Assembly (NCBI RefSeq): GCF_006345805.1
Contig: NC_043011.1
Location: forward strand, 51,162,464-51,226,463
Direction: 5' to 3'
Length of the DNA stretch: 64,000 nt
Source of the DNA: Octopus sinensis
Taxonomy: Eukaryota
The translations under genes and the position numbers were made by a program. Every line of letters begins with the position of its first letter. Position 1 is the stretch's first letter. Under the pieces are notes generated by a model. That model saw only the letters and a program-made list of their open reading frames with translations. It made no database searches and had not been told where the DNA came from. This document shows, one piece after another, positions 53,790 to 64,000 of the stretch.

Positions 53790-54030
53790 AGAGGCACATG
53801 GCTTAGTGGCTAGGGTGTCAGCATCATGATCGTAAGATTGTGGTTTTGATTCCTAGACTGGGCGACACGTTGTGTTCTTGAGCAAAACACTTCATTTCAC
53901 ATTGCTTCAATCCACTCAGCTGGCAAAAATGAGTAATGCTGCGATGGACTGGCGTCCCGTCCAGCTGAGGAATACATACGCCATTGAAACTGGGAAACCA
54001 GGCCCATGAGCCTGGCTAGGCTTTAGAAAG
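53790..54030 (+). mobile_element. tRNA-derived SINE (third family); duplicate at ~60350-60590
   Basis: GGCACATGGCTTAGTGGCTAGGG...GGTTT[T/C]GATTCC head resembling A and B boxes. Confidence 0.7.
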
Positions 54031-54128
54031 TGAAAATACTTTCACACTTCCAATTTCAACCATTATGTTGCATTATGAGAATGATGATGTTTCAATAACG
54101 AAAGTAATGTTTCGCCGAATTAGTCATA

Positions 54129-55810
54129 TCTATACTATAATAAAGAAAGCTGCTTATCATCTGTAATGTGATAATGTTATAATATTGTTTCACTTTCATT
54201 CTTTCACTTTTAGTTCTAATGTGATAACATTAAGATCATCTTATTTCTATTATATTTGAAATGAATGAATAATTTACATCTTAATGTGAAGAACATTACA
54301 CATCAGCAACTTTCTTTCTTTATGGCCCCACAGTAGAGTGGTGTGTCAGTGTATGTGTTGACTGACATAACGAATGGCTGCAGGTGAAACTCTTGACAAA
54401 AAGCAATGAGGTGGCCGGTGTAAGGTATATAAAAATACACATTTACCATTCAGCTACCAGTTAATAATTATCGCAGCAGTTGCAGGGTTTCAACTTAATT
54501 ACATTTACATATTTACCCTTAAATTAGCATTTAATACATGTGCTTAATATATATATATATATATTAAGAAATTTATCTATAATTATTATTGTGGCATTTA
54601 CCGTTAAATTAGCAGTTCATAAATGTGCTTCTATTTGGTTAAAATATACTGCATACAAAAATAAAAATATACTACATACATACAACTGCTTACAAAAATA
54701 TGGATTAATGTATAGTTTTTTTTCTATGTTCATAATTCTTTGTTTACAATTTTGAAAAAAATATGCCACCAAAGAAAAGACATAATCTCTCCAGAAACAA
54801 GTATAAAGCAAAGAGGATCGTAGAAAACCAAAGACGAGAGTCTGAAGAGAGAAACAAGAGGAGATTTTCTCAAGATCAGCAAACGCATACTGCAGCATGT
54901 CAGACAGAGTCTCAGGAGAAAAGGGAGATAAGACTTTCCCAATATCAGCAAATGCATGCTGCAGCACTTAATGCTGGATCATTAAATCAATGTTTTAATG
55001 ATTAGACAGAGGTCCAATAGAATAGCTCTCAGAAACAAACTATTTTGGAATTTGTTCTTCACAACTCCTGAAGCTGCTTTCATATATGATCCATCCCATT
55101 CTTATAAAATCGATAACTCTGCTCTGTCCAAATTGGTGTGCTAAACACCAATCATCGTTTCTGTAGAGCTTTAAAATTTTTTCAAATGAAATAAATGACA
55201 TGTGCTGCTCAGGTGGCCAGGTAAGATTGCCAGGACTATCAGTTCCTTCTCAACCTCTTATGGATCTTCTAAAAGGCACTTCCATCCAGTCAAAGGATTT
55301 TCTGATCAATATCAGACAATACAACTCTGCATTTCAAATTACAAATTACATACTGTTTACTGCATCTAAGAAGATAGTTAAACATGAATTTACGCCAACA
55401 TCCAAGTTCAAGGGCAAGTCTATCACCTCATTGGCTCCCTGTTACCCACAAATGAACAACCACAGTTGCTCCAAATTTGCTTAATGAGTGATGTAGGACA
55501 ACAAACTTGAAGGTGTGAAAATTAGACACAACGCCGACTGCTGCAAAAGAGAGTATATTCACTGACAGATTTTAGGTGTGTTCAAAAATCACATAACCTC
55601 CACCCCCAATTTTCCATGACAAGTCAGGGCCCGAAATATTCTAAACGGATGCATAGCATGTTGCTTAGTCGAATTAGCCCATCATTTACTCCACAAATGT
55701 TTTGTTGTCAATGCTGCACTTTCCCATATCGCCTGTTTCAATGTAACTGTAATATATTATATACAAACTATGCCATTTTAATCACAAGCAACGCCAGGTA
55801 TCTCTATTAG
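54129..55810 (+). mobile_element. Internally deleted Helitron in the L3-C3 intron
   Basis: 5' A|TCTATACTA. Rep N-terminal remnant MCCSGGQVRLP..P..L.DLL.G...SKDFLINIRQYNSAFQ. The 3' end CAAGCAACGCCAGGTATCTCTATTAG aligns with the termini at 32715 and 38963. Confidence 0.8.
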
Positions 55811-55873
55811 CGATATATGTATGTACACTCACACACTCACATATACACATGTATTCTTTCTTTCACCATTTAG

Positions 55874-56055
55874 GGGCGTCGTCTAGTGCCAGTTGTGTGG
55901 GTAAGGCACCAGGAGGCCATGCAATCCCAGGAGACTGCAAAAACTATATAGTATGCTCTAATGGAATAATACATATACTTCCCTGTCCTCCGGGAACTTC
56001 TTTCAGCGAGGCCATTAAAGTCTGTGACTACTCTTCGAAAGTGCCCGGATGTTGA
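55874..56055 (+). CDS. Terminal exon C3: CBM14 variant
   Basis: CVGKAPGGHAIPGDCKNYIVCSNGIIHILPCPPGTSFSEAIKVCDYSSKVPGC*; intact acceptor and six Cys; AATAAA at 56353 and 56373. Confidence 0.85.
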
Positions 56056-56120
56056 AGTTTGTTTGCTATTAAGATACTAAATGAAAAGAAAAAATTAACG
56101 AAACTGAATGTAACTGAATT

Positions 56121-56340
56121 GTTGGAGCACTGCACCCTTCAAAACTTCCATGCTTCCTGAGATTTGCCAACACTACACCTGATTTTCCCCCCTCCATACA
56201 CACGCAAGCATGGATCTGACTCAAACACTGTTCGCTTTCCAGACATTTGTACATCACTGCATATGCTTTATACACACTTTTGACAAGTTGTGGTGCACCT
56301 GAGCACTGTATACAATAATTTCATTATTATTATTATATTA
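56121..56340 (+). mobile_element. Retroposed 3' fragment with (TTA)n tail in the C3 3' UTR; duplicate at ~62669-62893
   Basis: Ends GCACCTGAGCACTGTATACAATAA-TTTCATTATT, matching the minus-strand repeat end at ~42590-42625; absent after C1 and C2. Confidence 0.7.
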
Positions 56341-57483
56341 TTGTAATTGAAAAATAAACAAAATTGTTAAGAAATAAAATGTCTTTTTTTTGTTGTTTTT
56401 CAATCTTTATTTATTTTGTGAGAGGACCTTTTAAATATTCCAGTATGGTTCAAGCAAGACTCATGATAGTGTACTCTTCAGTTCTATAAGATCTTGCTGC
56501 TGCTGTGACACCACTTCTGAAATATTGATTTATAATATGGGCATATGGCCACATATTTGATATATATTACCTTTTCTACCACTACCACAACAGTCTCTGT
56601 TCTTTACCTCTAGCTTCTTCCTCCACCTCCATCTCTTCTCTCTATCTTTTCCCTCTTACAGTTTGACCACTTCTACGATAGTCACTGTTTCTCACATCTA
56701 CTCAATTTACACACCACCTCCATTTCATCTCTCTCTGTCTCCTCACTCCTACTATTTGTGTCACTACTAGAACGGTCTCCATAGCTCACATCTACCCAGT
56801 TAGATACCACCTCCATCTCATACCTCTTTCTTTTCACTGTTATATTTTTTACCTTTCTACAATGGCTGCTGTTGCTCAAATCTACCTATTTACATACCAC
56901 CTCCACCTCATCCCTCTGTATCCTTTTCTAAACATTTTGGTCAGTTCTGCTCTAGGGCTATAGCCCTTCTGAAATTCTCTCTCATCCCAAATCCTGCTAA
57001 TATCTCAGTGAAGAAGAAGAGTTGTTTGGGCATCAAATAAAATGCTTTGTAACATTCATTCCAGCATCTTACACTTTGTGTTTGAACCCCACCAAGATCA
57101 GGCATGACCTTAATTTTTCCAGAGTCGATAAACATAATATCAGTTGAAGGCAGTGAACTGGTAAAAGAAATGTCAGAATGGGACTTGGTGTGTAGTTGTG
57201 TCTTGTGATATTTGTTCAAACCTGCTCTGAGTTCAATTTGCTTGTTGGTCTACCTTGGCAGTAGACTAAATCTATCATATGACTGTACAATCTATGGTAT
57301 TGGTATATAAACATCATATATATATATATATAGTATTCCAATAGGTTCTCACCAGTCAAAAAATACATTTCAATCAATCATGCCCAATGATTGACAATTT
57401 ACATTTCTGCACTTAAAAGGTTCTTCAGCATGAAACTGTTTTGTAAGATAAGTTGGCTGTTATGAGACTTAATTATCTCTCTC

Positions 57484-57518
<35 letters not shown>

Positions 57519-57524
57519 ATCTAT

Positions 57525-57610
<86 letters not shown>

Positions 57611-57623
57611 GTCTGTCTGTCTA

Positions 57624-57670
<47 letters not shown>

Positions 57671-58087
57671 ATATGTATATATATATATATATTGCAGATA
57701 AGGTTATAATCCAAAGTGTGTTCTCTTGAAGCTCATCTGCTTATTCAGTTGCTCATATTTGTTTGAGGTGGGGTCTGCGTGGAGTATATTTTATTGCAGA
57801 ATAATAATTACATATCAAAACAAGAGATTGGAAAAGAGTTTTGGTATTAATTATTCACATATTTCATTTGCTAATATGGGATGCAATATTATACATGCAG
57901 GAGAAACATGTACACACACACACAAAAACAATGCTCAATACACAAAAGCATACATTATAAATATAATAACATAAATTATAAAGTTTCTTGTATTCAAATA
58001 AAAATTATAAATTTAACGATTCCTTTAGAGTTGCCATGTTGTGTCTTTCATGGGGAGAAAATTACCTTGATATACTCTTCATTTCAG

Positions 58088-58150
58088 GTGCGCCGGATGT
58101 TGTAACCCCTGAATCTCCAGCTCAGACAGAGACACAGAAACCAGGAGACG
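58088..58150 (+). CDS. Linker exon L4 (GAPDVVTPESPAQTETQKPGD), no CBM exon before L5
   Basis: atttcAG...G|GTAAGA, 63 nt, open frame; the most diverged linker copy. Confidence 0.78.
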
Positions 58151-58958
58151 GTAAGACTGGAACATGCAGATCGTTTATGAATGACATTGTTTTAAATCAT
58201 GTATTCATTCAGTTTATATTGCAATTTATTGTTTCCAGTTTAGGTATAAGGCTAGCACTTTAGACACAAACGAACTAGTTAATTACATTGGCCCTATTAC
58301 TAAACTGTGTTTTATTTTATTGACCCTGATGTCGGAGGGAAAAGAAAGTAGACCTCAGTTTTTGCACTGGCATCTGATCACTCTCATCTGACCTTTAGTC
58401 TAGATACTCTCACTTACCCATATATAAGTGCAGGGCAGCTGGGTATCTTGTTTATGACAAGACACCTGCTTCTCCCTGACATAAAAATGGCATCTCCTCC
58501 TTCTCAAATACCACCACTACTCAGTCAAGAAGGCCTTTGTCTTTTCTGCTATTTTTTTTGTCTTTTCTTGTCCTTTCCTGTTTTTCAAGTTACTGGGTAA
58601 CCCCACTAGTGCTGGTGGAATGAAAACAAGCATCCAGTGTACACTGTAAAGTGGTTGACATTAGGAAGGGCATCCAGCTGTAAAAATTATGCTAAAGCTG
58701 ACATAGAATGCGATGCAATTCTGTGGCTCACCGGATCCTACCAAACCACCCAACTCATGCCAGCTTGGAAAAGAGATGCTTAATGATGATGGTGATTATG
58801 ATGATGATGAATGTTAAAAGTCAGCAAAAATACCTCAAGTAATTTTTCCATTACACATAGGATTTCGTGGATTTGTTACTTTCAGTTTATATAATGCAAT
58901 TTATAAGCAACAGAGTGGTTGGTTCCAAGATTCCAAAAGAGTTCAGCAGTTCAGTGTG

Positions 58959-59006
<48 letters not shown>

Positions 59007-59243
59007 CTGATTGGGTTATAATCCAAAGTGTGTTCTCTTGAAGCACATCTGCTTATACTTGTACACATATTTGTTTGAGGTGAGGTATGCATGGAGTATA
59101 TTTTATTGCAGAATAATAATTACATATCAAAACAAGAGATTGGAAAATAGTTTTGGTATTAATTATTCACATATTTCATTTGCTAATAGGAGTAACAAGA
59201 GAATACATGCAGGAGAAACATGTACACACACACACACACACAC

Positions 59244-59299
<56 letters not shown>

Positions 59300-59456
59300 A
59301 AGACCAATGCTCAATGCACAAAAGCATACATTATAAATAAAAACATAAATTATAAAGTTTCTTGTATTCAAATAAAAATTATAAATTTAACGATTAGATT
59401 TGCCGTGTTGTGACTTTCATGCGGAGAAAATTAACTTGATATACTCTTCATTTCAG

Positions 59457-59519
59457 GTGCGCCGGATGTCGTAACCCCTGAACCTCCAGCTCAGACACAG
59501 TCACCGACACCAGGAGACG
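59457..59519 (+). CDS. Linker exon L5 (identical to L3)
   Basis: Same 63-nt sequence and splice sites as L3. Confidence 0.8.
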
Positions 59520-60688
59520 GTAAGACATATAAATATAATTTGCTGGCTTGAAAATGCTTTGTGTACAGACATGCACTCATACACACATATGCATGAACCC
59601 GTACATGCATACATGCACACACACACACACATGCACACAGTTGACTACTTACTGTAGGCACTAATGTATGTATGTATGTATGTTTATGTGTGTGTGTCTG
59701 TGTGTATGTGTGTCTATGTGTGCCTGTGCATGGACATGTGTGCATGTATATATTTGTCTTTGTGAGTTATGTTTCCTTTGCAAATTTCAAGCCAGTCACT
59801 TATAGAAGGCAAGGCTCTTTTGTTTAAGTCAAGACAGCTTTTGGAGATTTTATTTACCTGAACTGGTTGATATATACATATATCTGTATGTTTATGTATG
59901 TGTATATATTGTGCGTATGCGTGTGTACAGATATTAAACGGTCATGCATCTCACATTAGCATGCAGATGGGCATGTTTTGTAACTGCTTATATGTCTGCA
60001 TCCATTTGTATTTGATAAATATATGAGATTGTGAGAATATGTATGCATGAAATTGTATGTGTGTGTGTATATATATATATATAAAAACCAGCTTAGAGAA
60101 GAAGAAGAAACGAAACGAAACCAAACGAATTGAATCGAATCGACGCGAAGGCGTTCACTCATACAATAGTGTAATAAATAAAATATATGCATACATACAA
60201 ACATATATGTGCGTACCTACATCTACATGTATATATACATGCCTATATAAATATATATACGTGTGTACAGGACACCACAAATAGACGTACACACACACAC
60301 ACACACATATATGTATAATGTATTTATTTACATGCAAATTTATATGCGTAGAGGCACGTGGCTTAGTGGCTAGGGTGTTAGCATCATGATCGTAAGATTG
60401 TGGTTTCGATTCCTAGACTGGGCGACACGTTGTGTTCTTGAGCAAAACACTTCATTTCACATTGCTCCAATCCACTCAGCTGGCAAAAATGAGTAATGCT
60501 GCGATGGACTGGCGTCCCGTCCAGCTGAGGAATACATATGCCATTGAAACTGGGAAACCAGGCCCATGAGCCTGGCTAGGCTTTAGAAAGTGAAAATACT
60601 TTCACACTTCCAATTTCAACCATTATGTTGCATTATGAGAATGATGATGTTTCAATAACGAAAGTAATGTTTCGCCGAATTAGTCATA

Positions 60689-62358
60689 TCTATACTATAA
60701 TAAAGAAAGCTGCTTATCATCTGTAATGTGATAATGTTATAATATTGTTTCACTTTCATTCTTTCACTTTTAGTTCTAATGTGATAACATTAAGATCATC
60801 TTATTTCTATTATATTTGAAATGAATGAATAATTTACATCTTAATGTGAAGAACATTACACATCAGCAACTTTCTTTCTTTATGGCCCCACAGTAGAGTG
60901 GTGTGTCAGTGTATGTGTGACTGACATAACGAATGGCTGCAGGTGAAACTCTTGACAAAAAGCAATGAGGTGGCCGGTGTAAGGTATATAAAAATACACA
61001 TTTACCATTCAGCTACCAGTTAATAATTATCGCAGCAGCAGTTGCAGGGTTTCAACTTAATTACATTTACATATTTACCCTTAAATTAGCATTTAATACA
61101 TGTGCTTAATATATATATATATATATATATTAAGAAATTATCTATAATTATTATTGTGGCATTTACCGTTAAATTAGCAGTTCATAAATGTGCTTCTATT
61201 TGGTTAAAATATACTGCATACAAAAATAAAAATATTACATACATACAACTGCTTACAAAAATATGGATTAATGTATAGTTTTTTTTCTATGTTCATAATT
61301 CTTTGTTTACAATTTTGAAAAAAATATGCCACCAAAGAAAAGACATAATCTCTCCAGAAACAAGTATAAAGCAAAGAGGATCGTAGAAAACCAAAGGCGA
61401 GAGTCTGAAGAGAGAAACAAGAGGAGATTTTCTCAAGATCAGCAAACGCATACTGCAGCCTGTCAGACAGAGTCTCAGGAGAAAAGGGAGATAAGACTTT
61501 CCCAATATCAGCAAATGCATGCTGCAGCACTTAATGCTGGATCATTAAATCAATGTTTTAATGATTAGACAGAGGTCCAATAGAATAGCTCTCAGAAACA
61601 AACTATTTTGGAATTCGTTCTTCACAACTCCTGAAGCTGCTTTCATATATGATCCATCCCATTCTTATAAAATCGATAACTCTGTCCAAATTGGTGTGCT
61701 AAACACCAATCATCGTTTCTGTAGAGCTTTAAAATTTTTTCAAATGAAATAAATGACATGTGCTGCTCAGGTGGCCAGGTAAGATTGCCAGGACTATCAG
61801 TTCCTTCTCAACCTCTTATGGATCTTCTAAAAGGCACTTCCATCCAGTCAAAGGATTTTCTGATCAATATCAGACAATACAACTCTGCATTTCAAATTAC
61901 ATCGTTTACTGCATCTAAGAAGATAGTTAAACATGAATTTACGCCAACATCCAAGTTCAAGGGCAAGTCTATCACCTCATTGGCTCCCTGTTACCCACAA
62001 ATGAACAACCACAGTTGCTCCAAATTTGCTTTATGAGTGATGTAGGACAACAAACCTGAAGGTGTGAAAATTAGACACAACGCCGACTGCTGCAAAAGAG
62101 AGTATATTCACTGACAGATTTTAGGTGTGTTCAAAAATCACATAACCTCCACCCCCAATTTTCCATGACAAGTCAGGGCCCGAAATATTCTAAACGGATG
62201 CATAGCATGTTGCTTAGTCGAATTAGCCCATCATTACTCCACAAATGTTTTGTTGTCAATGTTGCACTTTCCCATATCGCCTGTTTCAATGTAACTGTAA
62301 TATATTATATACAAACTATGCCATTTTAATCACAAGCAACGCCAGGTATCTCTGTTAG
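60689..62358 (+). mobile_element. Second copy of the intronic Helitron (L5-C4 intron)
   Basis: Duplicate of 54129-55810 (offset 6560); ends CAAGCAACGCCAGGTATCTCTGTTAG. Confidence 0.8.
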
Positions 62359-62421
62359 CGATATATGTATGTACACTCACACACTCACATATACACATGT
62401 ATTCTTTCTTTCACCATTTAG

Positions 62422-62603
62422 GGGCGTCGTCTAGTGCCAGTTGTGTGGGTAAGGCACCAGGAGGCCATGCAATCCCAGGAGACTGCAAAAACTATATGGT
62501 ATGCTCTAATGGAATAAAATTTATATTTCCCTGTCCTCCGGGAACTTCTTTCAACGAGGCCATTAAAGTCTGTGACTACTCTTCGAAAGTGCCCGGATGT
62601 TGA
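62422..62603 (+). CDS. Terminal exon C4: CBM14 variant
   Basis: CVGKAPGGHAIPGDCKNYMVCSNGIKFIFPCPPGTSFNEAIKVCDYSSKVPGC*; intact acceptor and six Cys; AATAAA at 62906 and 62926. Confidence 0.85.
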
Positions 62604-64000
62604 AGTTTGTTTGCTATTAAGATACTAAATGAAAAGAAAAAATTAACGAAACTGAATGTAACTGAATTGTTGGAGCACTGCACTGCACCCTTCAAAACTT
62701 CCATGCTTCCTGAGATTTGCCAACACTACACCTGATTTTCCCCCCTCCATACACACGCAAGCATGGATCTGACTCAAACACTGTTCGCTTTCCAGACATT
62801 TGTACATCACTGCATATGCTTTATACGCACTTTTGACAAGTTGTGGTGCACCTGAGCACTGTATACAATAATTTCATTATTATTATTATATTATTGTAAT
62901 TGAAAAATAAACAAAATTGTTAAGAAATAAAATGTGTTTTTTTTGTTGTTTTTCAATCTTTATTATTTATTTATTTATTTTGTGAAAGGACCTTTTAAAT
63001 ATTCCAGTTTGGTTCAAGCAAGACTCATGATAGTGTACTCTTTGGTTCTATAAGATCTTGCTGCTGTTGTGACACCACTTCTGAAATATTGATTTCAAAT
63101 TTAGGCACAAGGCCAGCAATTTTGTAAGAGGGGGTATGTTGATTATATCAACCCTCAAAAGCCATCTGGTGCTTACTTTATTGACCCCAAAAGATGAAAA
63201 GCAAAGTCGACTTCAGCAGAATTTGAACTCAGAGTGTGAAGATGGATGAAATGCCACTAAGAAGTTTGCCCAACATGCTAATAATTCTGCCAGCTTGCCA
63301 CCTTCCACTTCTGAAATATTAATTTATAATATGGGCATATGGCCACATATTTGATATATATTACCTTTTCTACCACTACCACAACAGTCTCTGTTCTTTA
63401 CCTCTAGCTTCTTCCTCCACCTCCATCTCCTCTCTCTATCTTTTCCCTCTTACAGTTTGACCACTTCTACGATAGTCACTGTTTCTCACATCTACTCAAT
63501 TTACACACCACCTCCATTTCATCTCTCTCTGTCTCCTCACTCCTACTATTTGTGTCACTACTAGAACAGTCTCCATAGCTCACATCTACCCAGTTAGATA
63601 CCACCTCCATCTCATACCTCTTTCCTTTCACTTTTATATTTTCTACCCTTCTACAATGGTTGCTGTTGCTCACATCTACCTATTTACATACCACCTCCAC
63701 CTCATCCCTCTGTATCCTTTTCTAAACATCTTGGTCAGTTCTGCTCTAGGGCTATAGCCCTTCTGAAATTCTCTCTCATCCCAAGTCTTGCTAATATCTC
63801 AGTGAAGTAGAAGAGTTGTTTGAGCATCAAATAAAATGCTTTGTAACATTCATTCCAGCATCTTACACTTTGTGTTTGAACCCCACCAAGATCAGGCATG
63901 GCCTTAATTTTTCCAGAGTCGATAAACATAATATCAGTTGAAGGCAGTGAACTGGTAAAAGAAATGTTAGAATGGGACTTGGTGTGTAGTTGTGTCTTGT

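Noticed and set aside
53790-53870. tRNA gene calls at SINE heads (also ~7260-7334, ~14840-14910, ~21480, ~33940)
   Set aside because: A/B-box-like motifs continue into SINE bodies and I could not form a complete cloverleaf.
54763-55005. MPPKKRHNLSRNK... (NLS-like) as a host gene, also 61326..61568
   Set aside because: It lies inside the Helitron and upstream of the Rep remnant; it is the broken 5' part of RepHel.
54129-60689. Helitron rolling-circle capture as the cause of the exon array
   Set aside because: Homology between the two B units extends ~1.7 kb upstream of the Helitron 5' TC, including L3/L5, so the duplication was not initiated at the Helitron end. The Helitron appears to be a passenger.

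Overview
This is repeat-rich eukaryotic (animal) genomic DNA. The SINE/LINE/microsatellite content looks cephalopod (octopus-like), which is an inference. It is not prokaryotic, and I found no rRNA, tRNA gene or CRISPR array. One spliced host gene runs on the + strand: a family-18 chitinase. Seven GH18 exons span 11669-28510 with an intact FDGLDIDWEYP motif; the signal-peptide exon was not found. They are followed by a 17-nt micro-exon (43227-43243) and an unusual tandem array of 3' exons. The array has five 63-nt phase-1/phase-1 Pro/Thr-rich linker exons (L1-L5) and four diverged CBM14 chitin-binding terminal exons (C1-C4), each with its own stop codon and AATAAA signals. The order is L1-C1-L2-C2-L3-C3-L4-L5-C4, and the repeat continues past the window end. 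All splice sites and reading frames are intact, so one catalytic domain could be joined to interchangeable chitin-binding domains through linkers of variable length. The introns and upstream region contain decayed mobile elements: Penelope-like, R4/Dong, Tx1, HERO/NeSL-like, RTE, mariner, Tc1, Helitron, a piggyBac MITE and tRNA-derived SINEs. Most short ORFs in the track are microsatellite artefacts.
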